A DNA stretch of 63,960 nucleotides, the filler included, from Chiloscyllium plagiosum (Eukaryota), in NCBI RefSeq assembly GCF_004010195.1. It is 4 parts of one record of this genome, joined end to end, with 100 filler letters (N's around TTAATTAATTAA, not from the genome) between each part and the next. Parts side by side here need not be neighbours in the genome. Positions count along the whole stretch, not along the records: positions 1 to 17,823 come from NC_057712.1; 3 more parts are not named here. One strand, written 5' to 3'. The notes beneath the pieces are model-generated. The model was given only the letters and a program-made list of their open reading frames with translations, made no database searches and was not told the origin of the DNA. Positions 1-13,222 of this stretch are shown here, in pieces. A program made the translations under genes and the position numbers. Within the stretch, counting starts at the first letter, position 1, and each line of letters begins with the position of its first letter.

Positions 1-154
1 TTAGCCTGCTTGGCACACTCTCCTCATTCCTGAAGAAGGGCTCATGCCCGAAACGTCGATTCTCCTGTTCCCTGGATGCTGCCTGACCTGCTGCGCTTTT
101 CCAGCAACATATTTTCAGCTCTGATCTCCAGCATCTGCAGTCCTCACTTTCTCC
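1..154 (+). mobile_element. Neptune-type PLE 3' terminal fragment (subfamily A) with hammerhead motif
   Basis: CTGAAGA-A-GGGC-TCAT-GCCC-GAAACGTC at 30-57; same sequence as the 3' end of the GIY-YIG element at 51029-51673. Confidence 0.8.
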
Positions 155-1315
155 ATATCCTTCTAATCCTTTCTTATCCATGTATTTGTCGAAATGCCTT
201 TTAAATGTTGTTAATGTACCCGCCTCAACTACGTCCGCTGGCAGTTCATTCCGTATGCGTACCACCTTCTGCGTAAATAAGTTGCCCCTCAGGTTCCTTT
301 TTATTCTTTTCCCTCTAACCTTAAACTGATGCCCTCTAATCCTCGATTCCCCAACCCTGGGAATAAGATTGAGTGCATTCACCCTATTCACACCTCTCAT
401 GATCTTATACACCTAATCTTCCAAATGTGGCCAAACTAAAGTACTATACAGCTGCAACATGACTTGCCAATTTTTATACTCTATACCACAATTGATGAAA
501 GCAAGTGTACCATGACCATCTTATCCATTTTCAGGCAACTGTGGACCTGGACACCTAGATCCCTCTGCACGTTAATGTTTCTAAGGATTCTGGCATTCAT
601 TGTCTTCTTGCATTAGATCTTCCAAAATTGCATCACCTCACATTTGCCCGGTCTAAACTCCATCTGTTATTTCTCCACACAAGTCCTTGTCCAACCTATA
701 TCTTGCTGTATCCTCTGGCAGTTCTCCTCACTATCCATATATCCCACGATCCTTGTATCATCCACAAAAGTATCAATCAGGCCACTTATATTCTCCTCCA
801 AATCATCTATACACATTACAAACAGAGGGCCCAGTAATGATCCCTGTGGAACATCTCTGGTCACACCTCCAATCTGGAAATCACCCTTTCAATGCTCTTC
901 TCTGCTTTCTGTGATTAAGCCAGTTCTGTACCCATCTTCCAAGTTCAACATGCATCATATGTGACTTCACCTTTTGTATCAGCCTGACATGAAGGTTCTT
1001 GTCAAATATCTTGCTAAAATCCATTTCTTCAAAATCTACCACCTTGTCCTCAATCATCACCTGCTCAGAAAACTCAATCACGATCTTTCCCACATAAAGT
1101 CATGCTACCTATTCCTAATAAATCCATGCATTTACAAATGTAGCAAATACTGTCCCTCTTAAATCATCTCCAATAATTTCCCTACCTCTGACGTAAGGGT
1201 CACTGCCCTGTAATTTCCCAGCTTATCCCCTTTGCCCTTCTTTAAAAAATGAACAACGGTGACTGTTCTTCAGTCCTCTGGGATCTCATCTGTGACTGAA
1301 GAGGATACAGGTATT
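155..1315 (-). mobile_element. CR1 LINE ORF2 (RT) fragments
   Basis: VPQGSLLGPL, FVDDT, MDFSKIFDK motifs, degraded. Confidence 0.85.
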
Positions 1316-2085
1316 TCTCCTGTAACGTTGTAGTTACATTTCCATGTGACATGTATTATAGAAAATGGTGTAATAGAATAATGGGGCCTATGAGAAAAAC
1401 GGGGTTGGGGCAAAACACCAAAAATACCAGTAAAAATCGAAACAAAAATAATAGCCTAACACAAACGATACCACAGTTGAGGTAAATGTTGACCTGCTGT
1501 ATGGTACTGTACAGTGCAAGTCATCACAATCTTCAGCTGATGCTCTCGATTGGCATCTATCCCTGGTGGCTGCATTACATTCTAGCCAGTCCTCTGATCC
1601 CATCCCATGGTAACACTGCATGTCAGATCCCAGAATGAAACCTGCCTCAATAGATTCAGGGCTGAATCTTAATTTGTTTCACAAAGTGTCAATTTTGTCA
1701 AGGTTTTTTGGAGGGTTTTACATCATGATGCTTGGGGACATCGGTCTCTTTATTTTACAGAACCTGCCTGATTTATAACCTACCTTTGTTGCACCTCTCA
1801 CACCTTCCAAAAAAACTCACCACTTCTGGGCCAAAGGGCCTATCTCTGTGCTGTAGGACTTTATGATATTGTGCCCCCAGACAAGAGCTGTCAGTGCAGA
1901 GCTGCCCTGCATGGTTCCTTACTTTTGCCCTGGGCATGGCAGACAATGGAAAATCAATGCCTCTCTATGTGAGTATGGACATGGAGACGCTGCTGATGGG
2001 GATGGATGATGCAGAGACAGGATGTCTTTTACCCCCCAGGCCAACAGAGGACATAATTCTGGTGGAACCACACCAACCTGGACCA

Positions 2086-3180
2086 TAGAACATAGAACAT
2101 AGAAGAATACAGCGCAGTACAGGCCCTTCGGCCCTCGATGTTGCGCCGATCCAAGCCCACCTAACCTACACTAGCCCACTATCCTCCATATGCCTATCCA
2201 ACGCCCGCTTAAATGCCCATAAAGCCATGTGTTCAGCTGATATCTCTCCCTATTCCTTGCCTCGCTATCACATGGCACGGGTAACAATTCAGAGATAACA
2301 ACTCTGTTTGTTCTAGCTCTCAGCTTCCACCCTAGCTCCCTGAAATCCTGCCTTACATCCCTATCCCTCTGTCTACCTATGTCGTTGGTACCTACATGGA
2401 CAACGACTTGAGGCTGGTCACCCTCTCCCTTCAGGATCCCAAAGACATGATCTGAGACATCACGGACCCTGGCACCTGGGAGGCAACACACCAACCAGGA
2501 CTCTCGTTTGTTCCCAACAAACCTTCTATCTGAGCCTCTAACTATGGAGTCCCCAATGACTAACACTCTCCTCCTTCCCTTCTGTGCAACAGGAAACAGG
2601 CTCTGTGCCAGAGACCTGGGCCCCACTGCATACCCCTGGTCAGTCGTCCCCCTCAACAGTATCCAAAACGGTATACATGTTTTTCAGGAACAACCACAGG
2701 GGATCCCTCCACTGATGTTTTCTCCCCCCTCGAACAGTCACCCAGCTTTCTTCGTGCCTCGGAGTAACTACTTCCCTGTAACTCCTATCTATCACAGCCT
2801 CTGCCTCCCAAATGATCCAAAGTTCATCCAGCTCCCGCTCCAGCTCCCTAACATGGTCTTGGAGGAGCGAGAGTTGGGTGCACGTCCTGCAGATGTACTT
2901 GGATGGGACACTAATGGTGTCCCTGACCTCAAACATCCTGCAGGAGGAACATTACTCCCCCTGCACTACCATCCCTGCTAGTCCCCTCGTCACAAAGTAA
3001 AAAAGAAGAGACGCTTACCTGATATGCCCCTGGTCTTTAAGGTTCGAGGAGGTGGTTGGGTGAGAGGCCCTACAAAGGTAGGGTGTCGGGTTGAGAAGAC
3101 ACTGACTTATTTCGCAGGATGGAAATAAAAATAAGAAGTCTCTCCTTGCCCAGAAACCTCTGCTCTCTGACTTCAACTTT
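2086..3180 (-). mobile_element. CR1 ORF1 (Zn-finger, coiled coil, SGNH esterase) joined to a CR1 3' end
   Basis: CRTC...LQDHVRELERELDEL and VIGDSIVRG...CLPGARV...VHVGTND. CR1 3' UTR and (CTATGTT)n tail at 2086-2225. Confidence 0.9.
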
Positions 3181-4629
3181 AAAAGCACAAATCAGTGAGT
3201 CACCTCTCCTGGCAGTCCCCTGGTGCCCTTAAAAAGACATTGTGCCCTGCCATCCCAGACAAGAGCTGTCAGTCTGCAGCTGCCCTGCATAGTTCCTCAC
3301 ATCGGCCCAGGACATGGCCCTTACTGGTCAAATGAAAATCTTGCCTGGCTCCTTCTCGAGTAGGACATCTCCGTATTTATAAAGAAAATTTCTTTATCGG
3401 CCAATATCAGACCAGTAGCTAACCAATCAGCAGTCTGTTTCTCATGTAGTACAAATCAGTGCCTCTCTTTGTAGGTATGGACACGGAGACGCTGCTGATG
3501 GGGATCGAGTGATGCAGAGACAGGATGCCTTTTACCTCCAGGCCAACAGAGGACATAATTCTGCTGGAACCACACCAACCTGGACCAGGGTTACCATAAA
3601 GGCCAGTGCAGTCTCAACCATCTGAAGAAATGCACTGAACATTGGAAGAAGTTCAATGACCTTCTCCACTCTGCCAGTGAAGGTGCCACCATCTTCTCGT
3701 TGATACCACACTTTGTGACTGTGAACTCCATCATCTGCAGTCCTCACTTTCTCTTCTGCATACTCAACCCCTCAGGACAATCTCCACACATGCATGAAAA
3801 GTAATAGTGTGCCACCCACCTGTCTCTCCGTCACCCAATATGTGCAGAGTTTCCTGATCCTGACCACCCTGAGCAGCTGACTGATCATGTCCAAGTCCCT
3901 GTACTGGCTTTTTTTTGCAGCTGGTTACCATAGTAATTGGTCACTGAAACAGATACAATTTAGTCTGTAGATATTCTTCAGTGTCTAAATATATTTTTTC
4001 AACAAAAAGAGAGAAAAAAACGCTCTTGATACAAACAACAAAGCCACATTTCAAACTGCACCTCAACACTGTCCTTTTACTGTTGGTCAATTCCTGTGAA
4101 ATTTATCTCTTATCTCAATTAAATTAACAGATTGCTCTCAGCGTCCTGTCCTCAGGCTGTAGAGACATTTTCACGATGCTTTCCCAAGTCCACTAGCACT
4201 AACATTTCACATTACCTTTCACAAAGGTCTTCATGAGAAAGTGTATGATCCATTGACCATGTGACGCTGATGCAGACTCTTGTCCTCCGCTCACTGCGAC
4301 AGTTCCGGGATGAGAATCACGTAATAGCGAACAGGAGTTCGCTTTATAAAAAAAGGTTGGCAATTCACAAATCGCGTTACAGACAAATCATGTTTAATAA
4401 TCGCATTATAGGAGAACTACCTGTAGACTGCTTGCAGGTAAAAGGACATCTGACAAATGAGAGGCTTCCAAGAGTTCAGGGGCATTATGTTCCAGTTAGA
4501 ATGAAGAGTACATGGAACAGTACAACACAGCACAGTACAGGCCCTTCGGCCCTTGATGTTCTGCCAGCCTTTTATCCTACTCTGAGATCAGACTAACCTA
4601 CGTACACATCATGTGCCTATCCAAGAGTC

Positions 4630-5287
4630 ACAAAGCTGGTCCCTTTTTCCTAAAAGCTGTTCCTTTTCCCAAGGAAACTGTGACCTTAGTTTTTTTTCAG
4701 GGGGTCATAAATCTCTCCCGGTTCCGAGGTGACTAGTTTGGTACAGATATGAAAAAGGATTTTCAGAGGCTTTTTTGTTTAGATATGAACAGATGAATCT
4801 TCAGGCTAAAGTGGTCAGATTTTGGAAGTGACCTGTATAATGAAAGGGGAGTGGTCAGCTCTCTTGCTGAGCTGTTTAGTTCAGAACTAGTTCGCAGTTC
4901 AGCTGTGTGGAAACAGGCTACGGCAGTCTCTCTGTCTGTCTCTGTTTGCCTCCTTCTGCCCTCCTAACTTCAACCTGCAAGCATTGGTTCCACTTTTACT
5001 GTTTTGAAAGGAAGCTTGCTTATTGGGACTGTTGTGTATATTTGGAACAGCACAATTAAGTCTAGTTTGGACAGACTGAGTTCTGTCGGGATTCTTGATC
5101 CTGTTCTTTGTGTTTCATTGTGTAATTTTGTGAATAAAGTTTTGCCTGTTTTAAAACCTGGAAGTCAACCTAGCTACCTCACTCTGCATAATTTTCACTG
5201 GACTCTTACTGAAACAAATTGCAAAACATTATGGTCTGGGCTGCCTGCTTGAGAATGTTTTGAGTGGTCTGGCCTTGTCCATAATAC
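4630..5287 (+). repeat. Possible solo LTR (Gypsy-like)
   Basis: T-rich, AATAAA at about 5133, ends ...GTCCATAATA resembling a CATAACA terminus. No partner copy or PBS found. Confidence 0.3.
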
Positions 5288-5504
5288 CCTAACATATCTG
5301 GCTCTACCCCCACTGCTGACAGTGGTGCTCCCCATCAGCAGCTTCTCCATGTCCATACCCACAAAGAGGGACACTAATTTGTACTACATGAGAAACAGAC
5401 AGCTGATTAGTTAGCTACTGGTCTGATATTGGCCGATAAAGAAATTTTCTTTATCCGTACGTAGATGATAAAGAAGGAGCCAGGCAAGATCTTCATTTGG
5501 CCAC

Positions 5505-6500
5505 ACACCCCCCACTCTCTGTGTAGAGAACCTCCTCTGACATCTCCCCAAACCTTCCTTCAATCACCTTAAAATTATACCCCCTCATGATAGACATTTC
5601 CACCCTGGGAAAAAGTCTCTGCCTATCCACTCACCATCTTGTACACCTCTGTCAAGTCACCTCTCTCCCTTCTTCGCTCCAATGAGAAACCCCTAGCTCC
5701 CTCAACCTTTCTTCATAAGACACACCCTCCAGTCCAGGCAGCATCCTGGGAAATCTCCTCTGCACCTTCTCTAACCTTCCAGATCCTTCCTAGAATGAGG
5801 TAACCAGAACTGGACACAATATTCCACGTGTGGTCTAACCAGGGCTCGATAGAGCTGCAGCAAAACCTCGCGGCTCTTAAACTCAATCCCCCTGTTAATG
5901 AAAGCCAACACACCATACACCTTCTTAACAACCATATCAACTTGGGTGGCAACTTTGAGGGATCTATGGACATGGACCCCAAGATCCCTCTGTTCCTCCA
6001 CACTGCCAAGAATCCTGCCTTTAACCCTAATCTGTATTCAAATTCAACCTTCCAAAGTGAATCACTTCACACTTTTCCAGGTTGAAGTCCCAGCTCTGCA
6101 TCCTGTCAATGTCCCCCTGCAGCCCTCCACACTATCCACAACTCCACCCACCTTCGTGTCATTGGCAAACTCACTAACCCACCCTCCCACTTCCTCATCA
6201 GAGTCATGTATAAAGATCACAAAGCACAGATGTCCCAGAACCCATCCCTGTGGAACCCCACTGGTCACCGAGCTCCAGGCTGAATACTTTCCATCTACTA
6301 CCACCGTCTGTCTCCTATGGGCCAGCCCATTCTGTGTCCAGACAGACTGATTTCCCTTTATCCCATGCCTCCTTACTTTCTGAATGAGCCGACCATGGGG
6401 AAAGTTATCAAATGCCTTGCTGAAATCCATAGACACCACATCCACCATTCTACCTTCATCAATGTGTTTTGTCACATCCTCAAAGAATTCAATAAGATTA
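5505..6500 (-). mobile_element. CR1 LINE RT/3' fragment
   Basis: MDFSKAFD, GVPQGWVLG, EFANDTK, LYRALVRPHVEYCVQFW. Confidence 0.9.
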
Positions 6501-9500
6501 GTGTGGCTGGTAGGAATAGGGAACAATGGATGAATCAAGATATTGAGGGTCTTGAAGAGTATAAGAGAATCTTATTTTAAATATCGACAACCGGTTCAAT
6601 TGAATCTCCTCGTCAACACAAAAACTATAGGGGCATTCTTACAAATAAATCAGGAAGGCAAAGAGGGGATATGAGAAAGCATTGACAGATAGAATCTGTT
6701 TGGATTATCCTTAATCTACAAATACATCAAGAGCAAGAGGGTAATAAGAGAGAGGATAAGGCCTCTTAAAGATCGAGGAAGTCATCTTTGTGTTGAGCCC
6801 CGGGGAGATGGCAGAGATACTAAATGAATATTTCACATCAGTTTTCACTGTGGAGAAAGAAATTGAGTCTAGAGAACGCAGGGAAATAAATACTGATGTT
6901 TTAAAAGCAGTTCACATCACAGAACATTGAACATAGAACCCACAGCACAGTCCAGGTCTTTCGGCCCTCGATGTTCTGCTGACCTTTTGTCCTACTCTAA
7001 GATTAGACTGACCTACATACCCTGCATTGTACTATCATCCAAGTGGAAGTTCTATTGGTCTTAGAGAATATAAAGGTGGATAAATCTCGAGGATATGATC
7101 TAATATATCCCAGAACATTGTTGGAAAGTAAGGGAGGAAATTGTAAGACCTCATGCAGAGATATTTGCACAGTGTAATAGTATGGGTGAGATGCCTGAAG
7201 ACTGGAAGATGGTTAATGTTGTATTTTTGCTTAAGAAAGGTTGTAAAGACAAAGCAGGGAACTACGGACTTCAGTTTCAGGTAAATTGTTGGAAGCAATT
7301 ATAAAAGATCACATATTTATGAAAATTTTGAGAGGTAACAATTGATTTGGGATTGTCAACATAATTTTGTGCAAGGAAAATCATGTCTCACTAACTTGAT
7401 TGGTGGTGGCAGAGCAGTAGATGTTGTTTATTTGGATTTTAGTAAAGCCTTTGATAAGGTTCCACATGGTAGACTAGTTAGTGAAGTTAGATCACATGGG
7501 ATTCAGGGTGAGCAGGACACAGAATTGGCTGGCTGGCAGGAGACAGGGTGATAATGGGTGCTTTTCGGACTGGAGGCCTGTGACCAGTGGTGTTCCACAG
7601 GGATTGGTGTTGGGGCCTCTTTTGTTTCTCATTTATAAAGCTCTGGTTAGGCCCCATTTGGAGTACTGTGTCCAGTTTTGGTCCCCACACCTCAGGAAGG
7701 ACATACTGGCACTGGAACGTGTCCAGCGGAGATTCACACAGATGATCCCTGGAATGGTAGGTCTAACATATGAGGAACGGCTGAGGATACTGGGATTGTA
7801 TTCGTTGGAGTTTAGAAGATTAAGGGGAGACTTAATAGAGACGTACAAAATAATACATGGCTTGGAAAAGGTGGATGCTAGGAAATTGTTTCAGTTAAAC
7901 GAGGAGACTAGGACCCGTGGACACAGCCTTAGAATTAGAGGGGGTCATTTCAGAACAGAAATGCGGAGACATTTCTTCAGCCAGAGAGTGGTGGGCCTGT
8001 GGAATTCATTGCCACGGAGTGCAGTGGAAGCCGGGATGCTAAATGTCTTCAAGGCCGAGATTGATAGATTCTTGTTGTCTCGAGGAATTAAGGGCTACGG
8101 GGAGAACGCTGGTAAGTGGAGCTGAAATGCGCATCAGCCATGATTGAATGGCGGAGTGGACTCGATGGGCCGAATGGCCTTACTTCCACTCCTATGTCTT
8201 ATGGTCTTATGGTCATTTATATAAATGAGTTGGATGGGAATATAGAAGGAATGGTTTGTAAGTTTGCTGATGATACCAAAATTGATGACATAGTGGACAG
8301 TGACAAATGCTTTCTCGGATTACAAAGGGATCTTGATCAAAAGGGTCAATGGGCTGAAAGATGGCAGATGTAGTTCAATCTGGATAAATCCGGATAAATC
8401 CGAGTTATTGTATTTTGGTATAACTAACAAGGGTAGGGCCTATACAATTAATGGTAGGACTGGGATATAGGACTTCAACTTGTGGAACGTTTCTGGGACA
8501 CACACACCAACCAACCCCACCACCCTGTGGCCAACGACTCCAACTCCCCCTCCCACTCCACCAAGGACATGTAAGTCCTGGGCCTCCTCCACCACCAAAT
8601 CCAAACCACCCAACGCCTGGAGAAAGAATGCCTCATCTTCAGCCTTGGGAGCCTCCAACCACACAAATTCAATGCCAACTTCATCAGCTTCCTCATCTCC
8701 CCTCCTCCCATCTCATCCCAGATCCAACCCTCCAACTCAGCATCACCCTCTTAAACGAGGTAAAAACAATGACTGCAGATGCTGGAAACCGGATTCTGGA
8801 TTAGTGGTGCTGGAAGAGCACAGCAGTTCAGGCAGCATCCAAGGAGCAGCAAAATCGCGTTGAAGGGCTTTTGCCTGAAACGTTGATTTTGCTGCTCCTC
8901 GGATGCTGCCTGAACTGCTGTGCTCTTCCAGCACCACTNNNNNNNNNNNNNNNNNNNNNNNNNNNNNNNNNNNNNNNNNNNNNNNNNNNNNNNNNNNNNN
9001 NNNNNNNNNNNNNNTGTCCCACCTGTCCATCTTCCTTCCCACCATCTGCTCCACCCTCCCCACCGACCTATCACAATCACCCCCAACTGCATCTACCTAT
9101 TGCCTTCCCAGCTACCTCACCCCCACCTCCCCATTTATCTCTCAGCTCTCCACCCCTGAACAGTCTTGATGAAGGGTTAATATCCAAAACATCAATTCTT
9201 CTGCTTCTTGGATGCTGTCTGACCTCTGCGCTTTTCCAGCACCATACTTTTCAACGTTGTGTACTGTTGTTGACAGACGGACCTCTGGTTCAGGTACATA
9301 ATTCTTTGAAGTTTGTGTCATATACAGACAGACAGTGTGGTTAAAAAGGCATTGCCCAGTCCTTTGAGTACAGGAGTTGGAATGTCATGTTAAGGTTGTA
9401 CAGGACATTGGTGAGGCCTTTTCTGGAATAATGTGTCCAGTTCTGGCCATCCAGTTACAAGAAGGATATTATTAAGCTAGTGAAGGTTCAGAAAATATTT

Positions 9501-9915
9501 ATGAGGATGTTGCTGGATGTGGAAGGTTTGGTTTATAAGGAAAAGCTGAGCAGGCGAGGAGTGTTTTCACTGGAGCGTAGGACGTTAAGGGGAGACCACA
9601 TAGAGGTTTATAAACTCTTGAAGGACATAGAAAGGATTAATGGTGAATGTCTTTTCCCTCAGATGGAGGCTTTCAAGACTGGCAGGCTCATTTTTAAGAT
9701 GAGAGGATAGAGCTTTAAAAGAGACATGAGAGACAAATTTTATACAGAGAGGGTTGTTTGTGTGTGGAATGAATTTTCTGAAGCAATGACGGATGTGGGC
9801 ACAATGACAACATTAAAAAAAAAACTTGGCTAATCAGATGAATAGGAAAGGTTTGGATGGACATGGGCCAGGGGCTTCGATCAAAGATTCTGTTCCATGA
9901 GGTATGAGTCTATGA
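6500..9915 (+). mobile_element. Old CR1 ORF2 with a nested younger CR1 3' end (7636-8210) and PLE pieces (8475-9255)
   Basis: RT motifs resume after the insert. TCATTTATA is duplicated at about 7630 and 8213 around the nested copy, which ends in (CTTATGGT)n. Confidence 0.8.
8475..9255. mobile_element. Neptune-type PLE fragments plus a palindromic terminal insert (8757-8938)
   Basis: Homologous to the GIY-YIG C-terminal region at 51120-51400; inverted arms of subfamily B. Confidence 0.75.
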
Positions 9916-11592
9916 CTCGAGAACATGCCATGAGGAATGACCTCAGAGCTTTAGTGCAAATGTTTAAAAATGGCAAGTTGCATCTGATTGAAATCACAAG
10001 ACATTTGTCCAAAGATTGTCCCTTTTCAACTCAAAAACTCCTGGAAGCCCCTTCTGAAGTGTGGGAACTGCAGCAGTTGTAGAAGACAGCTCATTGACAC
10101 CTTGATCACGGCAATTAGTGATGGACCACAAATATTATCATGAAATTCTTTTCTTTTAAGAGAACATAGTGAAAAATATTCTAATTATTATCAAGTAGAA
10201 GGTACATGGCCTGATTAGGCAGAATTTTTGCAAGGTAAAGTACTGACATATGTTGCTTTGACTCAGTTAATTGCTATGTTTATCACTTACCCTTGGCTGA
10301 GGCAGAAAACGATCAGTGATGGTTAACTCCTGGACAGAATGTTTAACTCCACAGTTAGTGGACACTCGAGAGAATTCTTCAGCTCTGTAGGCAACANNNN
10401 NNNNNNNNNNNNNNNNNNNNNNNNNNNNNNNNNNNNNNNNNNNNNNNNNNNNNNNNNNNNNNNNNNNNNNNNNNNNNNNNNNNNNNNNNNNNNNNNNNNN
10501 NNNNNNNNNNNNNNNNNNNNNNNNNNNNNNNNNNNNNNNNNNNNNNNNNNNNNNNNNNNNNNNNNNNNNNNNNNNNNNNNNNNNNNNNNNNNNNNNNNNN
10601 NNNNNNNNNNNNNNNNNNNNNNNNNNNNNNNNNNNNNNNNNNNNNNNNNNNNNNNNNNNNNNNNNNNNNNNNNNNNNNNNNNNNNNNNNNNNNNNNNNNN
10701 NNNNNNNNNNNNNNNNNNNNNNNNNNNNNNNNNNNNNNNNNNNNNNNNNNNNNNNNNNNNNNNNNNNNNNNNNNNNNNNNNNNNNNNNNNNNNNNNNNNN
10801 NNNNNNNNNNNNNNNNNNNNNNNNNNNNNNNNNNNNNNNNNNNNNNNNNNNNNNNNNNNNNNNNNNNNNNNNNNNNNNNNNNNNNNNNNNNNNNNNTTGA
10901 GCTATAGCTTTCCCAATCAATATCAGGATTCCTCACCTGCCTCCCTCAGCATTCTGGGATAGTTCCCATTAGGTCCTGGGGATTTGTCTACCTTAATGCT
11001 TCTCAAAACACTCAACATTTTTTTTATATTGACTTTAGTGAATGCACCTTGATGTCTTCCTTTGTCCAGACTGGCTGGAAGCAGACAGCTGAGCTCAGGA
11101 CATTGCACCAGCTTTGGATGGAATAGCTATACAACACAGATGGTTCACAGGCTTTCGGAAATGTGGGTATGTGGTCAGCCATGGCCCTTTTATGAGTCCG
11201 GCAAGTTTGTTTATTTTTGAAGGAAACAGAATTTAAACCCCAAAATACAGAAAAGATCAATTTTCTTGAAGATTTATCTTGATGCCCTCTGTCTTTTTAA
11301 CTTTTCCTGTTTGCTAGCCTATCACAGATCTCTCCCTTTGTTCTTCCCCTCCCCTCACAATGCCTTTCCTGACTCCACACTCGCTCAAAACCAAGTACAA
11401 CTCTGCTATGATCAGCGACAATAAATTCAATTCAATTCAATTCTGATGATAGGTCATTGGTGTGAAAAGTTAACTGTGCTTCTCTCTCTGAATGCTGTAC
11501 CAAACATGTTGAATATTTTCAGCATCACATGACTCTGGTTCTCTCACTGCAGCTCAAAAAAGTTGCAACAAATAAACTATCATTTTACTAAC

Positions 11593-11745
11593 CTGTAAGT
11601 TACTGCTTGTAGTGCACGGCAGTAACAGCTTGCCAACCAAAGAGAACGGTCAGTCAGGATGTTTGGACAATGGGATACCTTCAGGATTAGAAGATTGCTG
11701 CCAGCAGCTTTCAGCAGGGATTCTAGTCCAGTCTCCAGACAGCCA
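11593..11745 (-). CDS. FBXO41: FBXO41 internal exon (LRR-like region); absent from the ORF track
   Basis: Read by hand: (H)GCLETGLESLLKAAGSNLLILKVSHCPNILTDRSLWLASCYCRALQAVTY(R). Acceptor gttacgccag, donor gttagt; 153 nt, phase 2 in and phase 2 out. Confidence 0.95.
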
Positions 11746-12459
11746 CTGGCGTAACAAAATTAAACATGTATTCATTTATTCAGAACATTACATGGACTTG
11801 ATGTTTAATTTGACTTGCATCACAACCTTTGTTGGTGACAGATCTTTGACTTTCCACCACTAATATTCTTCAGATTCTTTCAACAACATTGCCAATATAC
11901 TCAAACTTTTGCAAAGCAAAAATATAATTGCTAATAGCCTCAATCAAGCTACATTAGAAAGTTTTAAACCCAGTCACAAAACATTTCAAATTTCTTCAGA
12001 ATCGGCAAACAGACCTTAACTGAAAGTATTCAGGAAGCAGAAACAGAAATGGGAGTGTGGGAACAAGTATTCTTACTAACCACGTAAGTAGCTTGGTTTG
12101 TGTTTTTTTTTAGCTGAACAAATTACATTTTCAATTCACATATGAGTTACTTTAGAAGAGTAAGAAGCATACTGAGATATTAAAGAGTTAATTTGCTCTG
12201 CTGACCTGCAGGAAATTGGATATCCCAAGGCTAGGGTGGGATTCTCTGTTCTACAGGTGGAATGTAAGGAATTTACATTCCCATCCCTTGCCATTTAGAG
12301 CCAATTATATGGCCATCTCCTTTATTCAGAGATAACTTACATTTGCATCCTCATCATATTCAAAACCAATAAGAACATTACAGTTGGAATTTTGACTACT
12401 CTCTGCAGTTTAAAAAAAAGATTTGCAACAGATTTGACCATTAAGGGATGATTTACATT

Positions 12460-12742
12460 ATTTTGTTCCTGGAAACGATGTGGCATGTGACTGAGAGGGA
12501 GTGGCTGGGGATTGTCTTGTGGGCATTACTGACAGTGATGTAAAGATTTTGTATAAAGGAAGGTCTGTTCCTTTCTTCGGGGAGATCTTTGACACGACTC
12601 TGCAAGCCCTGTGAACTGTGTGCAAAAGGTTCCTAAAGAACGTTTGTACTGTAATGTGCTTAATAAAATTTTACTTGTTCACAGAAGTTAGCGTTTACAA
12701 TTGCATCAAGTGTGTAAGAATCTTAGAAAAAAGAATCTAACA
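12460..12742 (+). repeat. ERV 5' LTR (5' boundary uncertain)
   Basis: TATAAA at 12552-12557, AATAAA at 12662-12667, and a terminal CA at 12741-12742 two nt before the PBS. Confidence 0.7.
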
Positions 12743-12744
12743 TT

Positions 12745-12763
12745 TGGTGGCAGCAGTGAGATT
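12745..12763 (+). promoter_or_regulatory. Primer-binding site complementary to tRNA-Leu
   Basis: TGGTGGCAGCAGTGAGATT versus the tRNA-Leu(AAG) 3'-end complement TGGTGGCAGCGGTGGGATT (2 mismatches). A major splice-donor-like GAG|GTAAGG follows at 12842. Confidence 0.8.
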
Positions 12764-13222
12764 AACATACAAGGATTTTCTAGGTGGACTGAATAAGTGA
12801 TCGTTTGAGTGCCGGCTACATGAGACAGATAGGCTCACGAGGTAAGGATTTACCTTGATCTCTCTCCTTAATCTTCCACTCAGTCGACCCCTCATCCCCT
12901 AGGATTCTGGGGTGATGGAATTTCTGAGGTAACTTATGCACTTGCACACCAACGAGCTTGCTTTCAGAAACATAAGTTACTGGGAATTCGGAGGTTAAAG
13001 TCCTCTGGGAAAAGGAGGTTGGAGTCCTCTAGTGGTGAGGTTTGATGCTCCGGAGCATAGTGCAAAAACAAAATATAATAACTGTATTTGTCTCAACCAC
13101 CCTGCCTTTGACCAGTTATTAAGAGGGGAGATCCCCCACGTGAAGGTCAGGACCTGAAGCTGGTGTGAAGACGAGACTAGTATATAGAAATAAGTAGGAA
13201 GTTCAGACCTTAAAACAAAAAA

